DNA of 61,533 nt, filler included. It is 9 parts of 9 records of this genome, joined end to end, with 100 filler letters (N's around TTAATTAATTAA, not from the genome) between each part and the next. Parts side by side here need not be neighbours in the genome. Positions count along the whole stretch, not along the records: positions 35,604 to 42,556 come from SRR7504441_1194; positions 42,657 to 46,354 come from SRR7504441_1196; positions 46,455 to 49,972 come from SRR7504441_1197; 6 more parts are not named here. One strand, 5' to 3'. Within the stretch, counting starts at the first letter, position 1, and each line of letters starts with the position of its first letter. The position numbers and the translations under genes were made by a program. Below are positions 35,504 to 46,542 of the stretch, piece after piece. The notes under the pieces are model-generated. The model was not told the origin of the DNA and ran no database searches. It was given only the letters and a program-made list of their open reading frames with translations.

Positions 35504-35603
35504 NNNNNNNNNNNNNNNNNNNNNNNNNNNNNNNNNNNNNNNNNNNNTTAATTAATTAANNNNNNNNNNNNNNNNNNNNNNNNNNNNNNNNNNNNNNNNN
35601 NNN
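35504..35603. other. Artificial contig linker
   Basis: N44-TTAATTAATTAA-N44. Confidence 0.98.
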
Positions 35604-35733
35604 CAGCATTCTGCTTTGCTCATTGCCCGAACATTAGAATCGCGAACAACCGACACCGCCACGCCCAGGAGGTGCTGCTGGCTCTTCGACGAGAGCTGCC
35701 GAGCCAGGGGGGGCTGCAGGCTGAGCTGCGAGC

Positions 35734-37440
35734 ATGTTCGGAATGCCGCCGCCGTTCGCGCACCGCGGCAACCCAATGCCCAACTGGCACAACCCCTTCG
35801 CCCCCCCGCCCGGCAACCCCGGCGGCGCCCCGGCCGGCCGGCCCTGCGGCGGCGGCGTGGTGCGGCTTGTCGACTGGCTGCGGGGGGCGAGCGCGGGGCA
35901 GGGCGATAACGGACGAGTCAAGTGGCGCAAGACGCTCGGGCGAGGTGCCGGCCGCCGCCGTGTGGCCGCGCAGCGGGGGCGCAGGGAAGTTTGGTGAGAC
36001 CTGGGAGGTGGAGTACAACGGCCGGGTGTGTGCGGCCAAGGTGCCGGCGGCGGGCCGGGCGGTCGGTTGATTGGCGTTGAAGGTGACCTGCTGCCCTGAG
36101 GGCTTCCGGCCCATCGAAGTCGAGATGCTCCAGCGGGCTCAGGTGCCCCAAAACCTCGACGGTGTGCTGTACCTGACGCGACCGGTCGCAGGGCCCGTTC
36201 ACGTGCAAGTACATCGGCAAGGAGGAGCGCACGCCCAAGGCGCCGCCCGGTTCCGGGCTGGTGCGACGGCCGGCTGCAGGGTACGTGCCTGTTGATGGAG
36301 CTTTATCCTTCGAACCTGGAGGAGCAAATAACAAGCCAACGGCACCCGGATAAGCGGGCCCGTGCCGGCATGCCGCGCGAGCAGTTCCTGCGCTCCCTGG
36401 AGCAGGCGGCTGGGCTGCGGCGGCTTGGCTGAGCGGCGTGGCAGATCACAGAGGGGCTGTCGTGGCTGCATGAGCGGCACATAATGTTCGGGGACCTCAA
36501 GCCCGGTGATTGTCTCCGCCCCAACCGCTCACTGCCGGCTGCAGACAACCTGCTGTTCGACCCCGACGAGCAGCGGCTGGTGTTTTGCGACTTTGGCGAC
36601 TCACAGGTCGGCTTTAATTGAATTATTCAAGCTGAGCCGAGCTGCAGCAAATGGAGAGCGAGCAGGCCGGCCGGCAGTTTAGGAACCCAGAGGAGGTCGG
36701 ATGGTGCCTCCGCCGCCGGTTGATATTCGGTTGATTTCGGTTGGCAGGGGCCACCCGAACTACCACGCGGTGCCGGACGTGATCTCCAAGCAGCTGTGGC
36801 AGCAGAGCGACATGTGGATGCTCGCGCAGACGGCCTACCACATGTGGACGGGCGAGATGCCCGATCAGAACCCGGCCATCCTCCCTGCCCGGTGAGCCGG
36901 CACCATCAGGCGGCCCGGCAGCCGGCGGCGCAGGATACCTCTCCGGAAGACTCTTCTCAAGTGTTACAACTCTAATCCCTCCAAGCGGCCGTCGGCCAAG
37001 GAGTTAGTCCAGCTGCTCCGCGAGTGAGCCCGGCGCTTAACGCTTATTGATCCGGCTGTAGGTACGACGCGGCCTCCGCCTCCGAGGAGGAAGTAGAGCA
37101 GGAGCAGGTAACAGATTCTAACTGATTTTAACGAACAATTGATGGTGTGGCAGGAGGAGCAGCAGCCGGAGCAGAAGCCCCGGGCGAGGCGGCGCGGGTC
37201 CTTGGCAGATCCACGGTGCGGCGGAGGCCGGTTGGGGCTCGAGTGGAGGGCAGGGGGGCACCGGGGCAGTACGGGCATGCGCCGGGAGGAATGGTAGGGA
37301 TGATCCACCAGATCCATGGGCGGCAGCAGAATGTGAGCGAAGGGATGATCCACCCCGGGATGATGCAGCCGATCCCCCAGGGGATGCAGATGCACGGAAT
37401 GATGCAAGGCCGGCCAGCTCGCCGCCGGTCCGTGTATTAG
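35734..37440 (+). CDS. Protein kinase (388 aa) split by 13 mini-introns
   Basis: Introns: 35860-35901, 35945-35984, 36041-36082, 36143-36191, 36240-36279 (GC), 36406-36444 (GC), 36506-36544, 36607-36647, 36704-36747, 36892-36933, 37024-37061, 37108-37153, 37216-37253. The spliced 1167 nt gives LGRGKFG, CAAK, LLMELY, FGDLKPDN, DFG, SDMW and PSKRPS. Confidence 0.85.
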
Positions 37441-37745
37441 ATGTATTAGGCGGCTCGGAATGGATTCGATGCGGCGGATGAGCTTATTAAGTGGAACACG
37501 GCTAATGTTAATAACGGGTTTATGACTTGTTTTGTACGATCAAAAGCGCTCATGATACCGGATTAATGCAGTTTAAAAGCTCTTAATTAATGTTGAACAG
37601 TGTTGGATTCTAGCCTCGTCATGGCCTCGTAGCCTCGAGATCTGGATTGATGGACGGATGGATTAGTGATGGGATTAGTATTAGTAGTGGCTCTGTATCG
37701 GAATGATTAAAGCTCGGTAACTAACTAACCAACTATCAATGTCGT

Positions 37746-39250
37746 TCACGAACTATGATACGCTTGCACTGGCGCCGGCCGCGGTGCAGGTCTAGCGGCA
37801 ACCTCGGCTTTCACCCGTTCGATGTCCGCTAGGAGCCGCTCCTCCATCGAAGGGGACCTGGCCGCACCATGAGTCAACGCACCCTCGCTCAGCCTCACCG
37901 GCCTAGGTGGTGCCACAGCTGGGTCGGTGGACGTGGCTCGGCCACCTCCAGTTCTATCTTATACTCAAGCTTCTCGATCTCAAACTGCCAGTCCACTCGA
38001 GCCAGCCAGGCCGGAGCTACCTTGAGCTTCCCGTCTGTTGGGCTGGCCTCCAATTTGAGCTGGGCCACCTCCAGCTGGGCCTGGAGCAGCTCCAGCTTCA
38101 GCTGAGCTCGCTCAGTTGATGCTTGACGCTCAGCTGCCGCGTACTTGGAGAGCGCTGAGTGCACAGTGGTCTGAGGGCCCGATCAGGCCCCCACTGGCAC
38201 GTGCATGAGCACCTGGCGCTCCTCGGTCTGCCCACGATCCACCAAGTCGTTCATGTAATTCTCCAGACTTCGAGTGCCTGACCACTCGCTTGGCCACGCG
38301 TGCACGAGGCGTGACCTGCGGCGAGCGCGATGGCGCCGAGCATCAGATCTGTGACGGCCTTTGGGCTCTCGCACTTTAGGATCCTTTCGTGTCCGATGTG
38401 CCGCGCCCACTGATCGCAGATAGCAGGGTCCTCGTTCGCCCGATGAGAATACTCTTTCTTAATTAGAAAAACCTGCTCTCGCTACATAAGGCAGCGCATG
38501 CCCCGCCAGTCGTTGCACTCTCACCTCGTACTTTTGGCGCAGCTGGCGGAACAACTCGGCGGTGGGCACATCCTCGTTCTTGCCACCACAGATTCGATCG
38601 ATGTTCAGCCCGAGGCATGTCTCGTTCATATATTCGTCAGCTGTGAAGAGCAGAATCGGCTTGCTGGTGGCGTTCGGGCACCGGACGCTGCCTAGACCAT
38701 CAGCATGTGCTGTGCTGGCGGTGGAACCGGTTACAGAAGAACCAAGCGGCCATTTCGTAAGCCTCGTGGGCGCTTGCTGACCCGCCGCCCCCGCCGAGTC
38801 CCAGCAGCGCGAGCTGGCTATCCAGATCGTTCCCTGTGCCCACGGTGGGCGCCGTGGGGCAGGCTGGGCGCACCCTGCGCGAACTCGGTCACGGCGAGTG
38901 TGGCCTGGTTGAGGTTGTAGTCGGCGGTCTGAGCTGAACAGCTCAGCCGGGGCGGCCGCTGGGCGCACCGCGACGAACATGACTGCTGGATCCTCGAGGT
39001 AGCCTTGGAGCATCATTTGGCCGTAGAACATGGGCAGCTTGTCGAAGACGACTTTGGGCCAGTCCCCCATGCTTCCTGTGACGTCCATGGCGCAGATGAT
39101 CGGATTGCGCGCGGAGCAAGTCACCACCCGGTTGAATGGGTCTGCCTCCGGATGAACCTTGTTGTTGCGCCGGAAGGCCTGGCTCGATGCCGCCGAGTAG
39201 GTGCTCGCTGAGGTGTTGATCTCGCGCGAATCGAAGTAGCCGCCTCCCAT
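37746..39250 (-). CDS. vWA-domain protein with C-terminal coiled coil (391 aa, 8 introns)
   Basis: MIDAS-like DVTGSM, GGGGG...EAYE and LFTADE. Introns: 38929-38968, 38834-38873, 38688-38727, 38473-38524, 38278-38315, 38171-38212, 37985-38020, 37858-37898. The spliced length is 1176 nt. Confidence 0.75.
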
Positions 39251-39377
39251 CTCTTCCAAGCCACACTGCCACACCGCAAACACGAAGATTTGCCGTTACT
39301 ACCGCTACTGCAGGAGGTTAACGGCACGGCCGAGCGCAGCACACCGGGCCCCGGCTTTACACGCGGCTAGCTATGCG

Positions 39378-42347
39378 ATGAGCAATCATCGGGGCGAGGA
39401 GCACGAGTACTACCGGCGGCACCGCGTCACCGGCGGGCCCGCCCCGCTCCCCCCGCCGGTGCGCAGCTTTGGAGCGGCCCCCTTCCCCCGGCTGCGTCCG
39501 GCGCTCCTGGCCACTGGCTGGGAGGCCCCCACCCCGGTGCAGGCGGCCAGCTGGGCGGCGCTCGCAGCCGAGCGAGACCTTGTGGCCATCGCCCAGACTG
39601 GGGCGGGCAAGACGCTCGCCTACTTGGTCCCGGCGCTGCATGCGTGCCTGCTCGCCGAGGCCGGGGCTCCCACCGCGCTGGTGCTGGCACCCACCAGGGA
39701 GCTGGCCGTCCAGATCTACCAACAGGCCGAGCAGTTCGGGGGCCGCGACGCCCGGTGCGTTTGCTGTTGCGGCGGGCGCGATCTCGAGCCCCAAATGGCC
39801 GCGCTGGCGACTGGTAGCCGGATGGTGGTAGGGACGCCCGGCCGGCTGCTCTACCTGTGCGGCCGGGGGGCGGCTGACCTGACTAAGGTGCGGTTCTGGG
39901 TGCTGGACGAGGCCGACCGGATGCTAGACATGGGCTTCGCCCCGCAAGTGACCTCGCTTGCAGCTGACCTGCCTCGAGACCGTCGGACTGCGCTGCTGAG
40001 CGCCACTTGGTGCTCTGAGCTGGATGAACTGTCGGAGCAGCTGCTGAGCAAGCCGCTGCGCTTGTTCATCAACCAGTCGGACCAGACCGCTGCCACGCCG
40101 TGCAGGCAGATCGAGCAGGCGGTGGAGGTGCTCCCTGCGGAGTCAAAGCTCACCCGACTGCTCCAAGCGCTCGCCCAGCTCCCCGAGGCCAGCAAGGCTC
40201 TAGTGTTCGCCAACACCAAACGAGGCTGCGACGAATTGGCCTCTCAGCTCCGCTGGAAAGGGTTTGCCGGGGCTGACGCGATACACGCCAACCGAACCCA
40301 GTATGAACGGGAGGTGGCTCTCACAGCCTTCAAGTCTGGAGAGTCTCCGGTGCTGGTGGCTACCGACGTGGCGGCCCGTGGGATCGACGTGAGCGGGATC
40401 GCGCTCGTGGTGAACTGGGACTTCCCCTGCACGCTCGGAGCGGCCGGGGTAGAGGACTACGTTCACAGGATCGGGCGGACGGCGAGGGCCGGGGCGACAG
40501 GCAAGGCGCTCACCTTCTTCCCGACCAAGCCCGACGACAAACACCCGGCCAACTCGCACCACCTTGTCAAGCTGCTCCGGGCCTGCAGCATGCCGGTATC
40601 AGACGCGCTAGCGAGACTGGACCGAGGCGACACTGTCTCGGCCCGGAACCAACGTAAGCACGGGAAGCAAATGCAGATGGTGGCTGTCAGCGGCTCAGCC
40701 GCACAAAGGGCCCGCCGATTCGACTTAGTGAAGGAGCTGCAGGCCGCGGGGGACGCGCGCGATCGGGCAACGGCCGAGCAGGTGTGGGCTCGATTCGGGG
40801 CTGAACAGCTACCTCATTCGGTGTATAGCTTTGCGGCCGGCGTGAAGGCGGCAGTGAGCTGTGGGGATGTGGCGAGGGCCGCGGCAATGGTGGCCCAGAT
40901 GAGTTCAGAAGGGCTCCAGCCGAATATCGTAGTGCACACCACGCTGCTCAAGGGGTATGCAGCGGTCGGTGACATGGCCGGTGCTGAGCGCCAAATGAGC
41001 GAGATGCTTTCAAGCGAATCTGCAATCGATCTGCGGGCAGCCAACACCTTCCTCCGAGGGTGCGTCAGGGTAGGAGCAGCCGCGGCCGCGCTGCGTGTGT
41101 TCAACAAAATGGAGTCCGAGTGGGGGCTACAGCCCGATGCAACTAGCTACAAGTATGTCTCACGCTTGCTCGCCCAGACGCTTCAGTACCAAAAGCTAAA
41201 GAAGATGCTAAGCAAACTCCGAGCCGCCGAGCGCAAAGCCGATAAGCAGGCTGCCCGCGTGCTTAGTGAGTTGGGGAATTGGACCGCCATGCACCTGGAC
41301 TTAGCGGGGGCGGCGGCTGTGCTTGGCAAGTTCAAGACAGCCCGAGCCAATCTGGATAGAGCATTACAAGTGGCTGCAACCAAGCGGCCCGACACGCTGT
41401 TCGATCTGACGCGCAGGGAGGAGCTGGAACGGGCAGCGCGGGTGTGGGAGCCTTTCGTGGCGGCGGCCGAGCTTGCGCCGGGGATTGAGCGGCTGTTCGC
41501 CCGGGTGCTGCTGTTTGGTTCGCAGCTTGGACTCGAACAGGCGGGCGAGTCGGGGCCTGAGGTGGCAGCGGGGCTGGTTCGTCAGCTGCAGGAAACTTTC
41601 GGGCTCGGGCAGATGGGCGCTGCGCTGGAGGCCGAGGCTGCGAGGAGGATACACAGCTGCATTTCGGAGCAGGGGCAGCTCCGGTGGAAGCGAGTGTTCA
41701 GCGCCAAGCGGAAGCGCGGCAACGGGACTGAGCTGCCTGTCAAGATGGAGATTTGCTGCGGCAGTGGCGACTGGGTGGTGGCACAGGCGGCTGCGGAGGC
41801 TGGGGTGGCCAACTGGGTGGCAGTTGAGCTTCGACACGACCGGGTGCACAGCGTGTGGCAGAAGATGCTAGCCCGCGGTCTCGACAATTTGAGCGTTGTG
41901 TGTGTCGACGCCAGCAGGCTGCTCAAGCAACACGTCAAGCCTAGCTCGCTTGCGTGTTGCTGCATCAACTACCCCGAGCCGCCGCACTGGACTGGTAACG
42001 CGCAGGCTGAGAGCATGTTGCATTTGCTCTCGCCCCAATTTTTCCGGCGGGTGCATGCGGTGTTAGAAGCTGGCGGCAGGCTCACTATATTATCCGACAA
42101 CCAGCAATACTGCCAGTCACTGGCTGCGGAGATGGGTAAGCTGCGCGGCCGTGGGGCGCACCCGCTGTTTACAAATACACGGCTGGATGAAACTAGCCAG
42201 CATGGAGCGTTCCAAGAGATTGAGGTGCATTGTGGGCTTCCGGGAGCAGAAAGTGGGCATATAGTTCAAGAAAGTTCGCAATTCGACCGCTTTTGGGCAA
42301 ATGGACAATATACAAACCGTTATTTTATTGCGGTAAATAAAGCTTAG
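39378..42347 (+). CDS. Fusion of DEAD-box RNA helicase, PPR repeats and TrmB-like tRNA m7G methyltransferase (989 aa, single ORF)
   Basis: Helicase: Q motif, AQTGAGKT, PTRELA, TPGRL, DEAD, SAT, TDVAARGID and HRIGRTAR. About three or four PPR repeats (e.g. PNIVVHTTLLKGYAAVGDMAGAERQMSEM). TrmB: MEICCGSG, VAVELR, NYPEP and ILSDN. Confidence 0.9.
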   Translation: MSNHRGEEHEYYRRHRVTGGPAPLPPPVRSFGAAPFPRLRPALLATGWEAPTPVQAASWAALAAERDLVAIAQTGAGKTLAYLVPALHACLLAEAGAPTALVLAPTRELAVQIYQQAEQFGGRDARCVCCCGGRDLEPQMAALATGSRMVVGTPGRLLYLCGRGAADLTKVRFWVLDEADRMLDMGFAPQVTSLAADLPRDRRTALLSATWCSELDELSEQLLSKPLRLFINQSDQTAATPCRQIEQAVEVLPAESKLTRLLQALAQLPEASKALVFANTKRGCDELASQLRWKGFAGADAIHANRTQYEREVALTAFKSGESPVLVATDVAARGIDVSGIALVVNWDFPCTLGAAGVEDYVHRIGRTARAGATGKALTFFPTKPDDKHPANSHHLVKLLRACSMPVSDALARLDRGDTVSARNQRKHGKQMQMVAVSGSAAQRARRFDLVKELQAAGDARDRATAEQVWARFGAEQLPHSVYSFAAGVKAAVSCGDVARAAAMVAQMSSEGLQPNIVVHTTLLKGYAAVGDMAGAERQMSEMLSSESAIDLRAANTFLRGCVRVGAAAAALRVFNKMESEWGLQPDATSYKYVSRLLAQTLQYQKLKKMLSKLRAAERKADKQAARVLSELGNWTAMHLDLAGAAAVLGKFKTARANLDRALQVAATKRPDTLFDLTRREELERAARVWEPFVAAAELAPGIERLFARVLLFGSQLGLEQAGESGPEVAAGLVRQLQETFGLGQMGAALEAEAARRIHSCISEQGQLRWKRVFSAKRKRGNGTELPVKMEICCGSGDWVVAQAAAEAGVANWVAVELRHDRVHSVWQKMLARGLDNLSVVCVDASRLLKQHVKPSSLACCCINYPEPPHWTGNAQAESMLHLLSPQFFRRVHAVLEAGGRLTILSDNQQYCQSLAAEMGKLRGRGAHPLFTNTRLDETSQHGAFQEIEVHCGLPGAESGHIVQESSQFDRFWANGQYTNRYFIAVNKA

Positions 42348-42556
42348 CATCTTATTACTGAGAGCTGTTCGGCCGCCGGAGCACATCGGCGATGCTGCTG
42401 TCCTCGAGCAGCTGCACGGCCGGATCTGGTCAAGCTGCACAGCCGGCAAGCAGCACTACCGGTAGGCTGGATCCTAGCACTACAGTAACTACTCGTAATG
42501 TTACGTAACTTACGTAACAAATTCCCTTTTGAGTAACTTTTGTAACGATTTGCCTT

Positions 42557-42656
42557 NNNNNNNNNNNNNNNNNNNNNNNNNNNNNNNNNNNNNNNNNNNN
42601 TTAATTAATTAANNNNNNNNNNNNNNNNNNNNNNNNNNNNNNNNNNNNNNNNNNNN
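42557..42656. other. Artificial contig linker
   Basis: N44-TTAATTAATTAA-N44. Confidence 0.98.
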
Positions 42657-42780
42657 CGCAACCGCCATTGCCAACGGAAAAAGCCCGATTGATGGATAGC
42701 CCTGGAGGAGCGTAGAAAATATAGTTACGCAATATAGCGATAGTACCGTTATCTAATTACCGAGTTGTACGGTATTTCAT

Positions 42781-42837
42781 TTTCAAGGAACGATCGAGCG
42801 ATTTCAAGGAACGATCGAGCGGTTTCAAGGAACGATT
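42781..42837. repeat. 21-bp minisatellite (TTTCAAGGAACGATCGAGCGR, about 2.7 copies)
   Basis: Units start at 42781, 42802 and 42823, with no spacers between them. Confidence 0.85.
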
Positions 42838-42978
42838 GATGTAAACCCGCTGACTCGGGCACCCTACAACGTTCAACCTTGGTTTTACCTTGGTTTGCAT
42901 TTAATTTTGATACTATTGACAGAAATGAATCACGGATCACATATTTGATCACGCCTTCGTACGATCGTGATACGATGC

Positions 42979-45900
42979 TCAATTGGCACCGATTTGATTA
43001 CTTGTTGTAGCCGTCGGGCGATATTGCCACGAAATCTCTAAGCTGATCAGACCAACCGCTTTGTCATTTGCCATGATCTCGAATTGGCCTTGCAAAGACT
43101 CTTTACGAAGCAAAGGCTCCAGCCTCACCAATGCTGAGCCGATTATTGTATCTGGTTGAGGACCGGAGTCATCAAACACAGTGAAGTCAAGCTCACATGA
43201 GCGAATATAGTTCTTGATATGATTATCGTTCACAACCTGCAGCCAAAGACACGTAAGAATTTGCGTCGTATAATGTCATAAGGCGTGTAAGGAATTTCTA
43301 CCTCAAAAAAACGCAAGTCGTTGAACTGCGGGTTTGGTGTACTCAACTCCACACAAGTATCGGTGGGCGGGAAGTTGAAGAATTGGTACGCCACACATGG
43401 TGAGGGTGGCCCTGAGCGATCCATCCTTAGGCCTGTGCATCCAATCACATGAATCGCAATCGTAGCACGTGGATCTGCTGATGATGCTGCCGTAGTGCGA
43501 GAGACAGCCTGGTGTAGTGTGGCATTGAGCGCATTTGACGAGTGCTGCATAAAGCGACTTGCTACTGCGGAAATCGATTGCCTCATTCCAGCTGAGAGCT
43601 GGATTGACCCAATGCACCGAGCAACCACCCCAGCCTTTGCTTCTGTGAGCAGGTCTACTCGCTCCAATACTCGTTGCTCTGGATGTCTCAACAGATTGCC
43701 TAGAGACAGCGTACCAGTAGCAAATGGGTCGTTACATGCGGTGTCCTGTGTCACAATGCCAGCTCCTGTGCGGATGTAGAACTCAACAATCAGTGGCTCC
43801 TCAAGCAGCAGTTCAAGGAAGAACGCATCCACCTCGACAGTGTACTCGATATCTAGGTCAAAACGAGGTGACAATCCAGCTGCCAGCTTAGTGGTGGTCG
43901 GCTGATGCGAGGCGAAGTCCACCAGCACAAATGATTGGAGCACTGCTGGACTGTATCCAAGATCTTCGATTGCAACCTGGCTCAAGGTGGCATGCATCAC
44001 ACCCACCTCGAGCACATTGCCACCAGCTTCAAACTGAGATAGGTCCACAACATCCTTCCGCTTTGCAATCTCAGTCGCAACCTTGACAGGACCAGAGGGG
44101 GAAGGCACCGGACCAACCCTAGCTTTTTCCACATCCAGCAGTTGTTTCAGCCGCAGATTTTCCTTACTTAAAGCATCAATTTTGTCCTGCATCGCGGCGT
44201 TGTTAGAGGTGGCAGATGCAGAGCCGCCAGCCCCAGGGACACGTTTCCTCTCCCTGAGAGCTGCTAACTCTTGCTCTGCCTTTGTGGCTCGTGAGAGCAT
44301 CTCGGACTCGGTCTGCTTCCTAAGCTCTTTCTCTGTTTTGAGCAGCGTAGTCAAGGTCTGGCACTCCTGCAGAGTATTCTTCTGGTCTCGCCTGGCGTCA
44401 TCACGCTCGAGCATCAACGCTGCTGAAGTCTCACTACCACTTGTGCCGTCAGTGCCGATCCGCTGCATGTGCTTGAGCTGCTCATCATCAGCTCCAGTGG
44501 CCCCCTGTACACAGTGTCAGCTAAGACAAGTAGACTACCGCTTTCACCTGTAGCAAGTCCAGCTTTTGTTGCAGCTCGGAATTCTTGCCTGCCTCATCGG
44601 CCAACTTGCTCCCGTGCACGTTGAGCCGGGTCCTTAAAAATGATGTCATCCAGTTGACGATACAATGGTTTCTTTTCAGGTTTGATAGTGCAGATCGGTC
44701 AAAGTGACCAAGAAGCATCAAGCAGGCTCGATTTCTCTGCTCTTTCTTTATATCGTCAGCGACCTTGGCCAGCGCACCCTTGCCTTCAGCTCCAATTTGG
44801 AAAATCTGAAATCCATCATGGTGAGGTACAATGGGAGGGAGGCTAGACAGAATAATAGAAATGAACAGTTTCGGGCAAGGGTGCCAACCCCCTCCCCCTA
44901 GAGTCAGTCAGGCGATTAGAAAGCGGGAGGGATCAGCAAAGCGCTACCTTCTGAGTCAGCCGCTTGTTGTCGGCCTCGGCATCCTTACGCATCTCATCAG
45001 CCTCGCGCACCCGACTCTTCTCAAAATCTACTTGGTCCTGGAGTTTCGGAACGAGCTTGTCAGCTCCACTCGACCGGAGCTCTGCCGCTCTCAGCTCCCT
45101 TAGTTCATTAGTCTTGGCCTCTAGCTCCTTAATCAGCCTCTGGTTATTTGCTGCCATTGCATCAGACTGGCGTATGACTGTCTCGTGTTTCAGCTCTTCT
45201 TTCTTGAGCGTTATCAGTTGATTTCGCATTTCCCTTTGGAGTGCTTCGTAATCCTCGTCACTGTACATCTGTTGTTGTCTGCTCTTAGACAGTGGCGCTG
45301 GGCTGCTGCGTGTCACAGCCCCTGACTGCTTGTTCATGGCAGCCACTGCCAGCTGCCCCCCGCCTACTTACACCGCTGCCCGTTAGTATCAGCGGCACCT
45401 GCTGCTGCAGCTTGGCGTTTCGCTCCTCTGCCGCTTTGATCTGTGCCTGAGCCTGCTGCAGCTCAAACTGGAGCCCATCCAAACGGCCGTCATCAGCCCT
45501 GGCCACGGGTGCTGGATCAGCAACAGCCTGAAACGCCCGTGAAAACGAGCCCTAAGCGCGGCACGCACCGCCGGCTGGGCCGGTTGGTCCTCTGCAAGCA
45601 CAGGGAACTCTGGCTCAATATCATTCACCTCAACAGGTCGGCGAGCCCGAGGTGCCGTGGCCGTCCGACGACGGGCAGGCCGTGACTTGGAGCCCTTATT
45701 GTTGTTGGGCACGAGCTGCTGAAGGTATTCGTTCTTCCTTCGGAGCTGCTCGCACTTGCGGGTCAGCTCGCGCACCTGCAACCGCTGGGGCAGCGCTGCT
45801 GGTCTGGCCCACCTCTTGCTGCAGCTCAGCGATCCGTTCCTCCGCCATATAGTCGCGGACTCGCGGACCCTTGGGCCCACCGGCATTCTCTTCCTCGTAC

Positions 45901-46186
45901 CTCCTCTTTAGATCAGCTGTGATCCGGACGAGCTTGGTGGCCATCCTGCGGCACTGTCAGGTGACCGAGCGGGCGACTGTGGGCGCACTGTTTCATCTTG
46001 ACTTCCTGCTCGTTGTTGTGCACCTTGAGGTCCTTGTTTGCTTTCTGTCCAGCCCAGGGCTCCCGCCGGCGCGAGTGGGCAGCGCACCCGTAGGTTGAGG
46101 TAGAGGTGGAGCAGTTCATCCGGCTCTTTGAGCAGGGCCAGGTCGGCTTTGGTCGGCAGCTCTTCCTTCGCTGCTCGCGGAGGCAT
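42979..46186 (-). CDS. RPGRIP1L: RPGRIP1/RPGRIP1L (fantom/MKS5/NPHP8)-like ciliary transition-zone protein, multi-exon
   Basis: N-terminal LKVHNNEQEVKMKQ-MATKLVRI, then coiled coils and two C2 domains (GNVLEV...VDF...PRFD; PCVAYQFFNFP...NPQFND...FTVFDD). Introns include 46045-46087, 45946-45988, 45776-45812, 45528-45568, 45353-45398, 44806-44947 and 43237-43301. Confidence 0.8.
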
Positions 46187-46354
46187 GGTCGACCTCTCGC
46201 GGACGAGGTGGTGGCAGGTAGAGGGGCGAAGAACTCACTGCAGTGCCGCCGGACTCCTCCTTTGCCTCCCCGAGTCCCTGACGATCAAAATTTTCCCAAG
46301 AATAGACCAATTTCCTGTGCGACTGGTTATCTGGTACACACCCAGACCTCTCAG

Positions 46355-46454
46355 NNNNNNNNNNNNNNNNNNNNNNNNNNNNNNNNNNNNNNNNNNNNTT
46401 AATTAATTAANNNNNNNNNNNNNNNNNNNNNNNNNNNNNNNNNNNNNNNNNNNN
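46355..46454. other. Artificial contig linker
   Basis: N44-TTAATTAATTAA-N44. Confidence 0.98.
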
Positions 46455-46542
46455 AATCGATGGGGGGGCGGAGCGCTCGGGTCTCATTCACAGAAATAAT
46501 TGTTTGATGTTATTGAAAATAAAACGCTCTAAAATTTACAGA

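Noticed and set aside
35734-39250. Frameshifts and in-frame stops suggesting pseudogenes, recoding or an alternative genetic code
   Set aside because: The breaks are resolved by short GT/GC-AG introns, and the spliced lengths are multiples of three under the standard code.
42481-42556. GTAAC/GTTAC-rich stretch at a contig end as a transposon terminus
   Set aside because: No terminal inverted repeat pair, target-site duplication or transposase is visible, and the contig break truncates it.
42781-42837. 21-bp repeat as a CRISPR array
   Set aside because: The units are head-to-tail with no spacers, there are no cas genes, and the context is eukaryotic.
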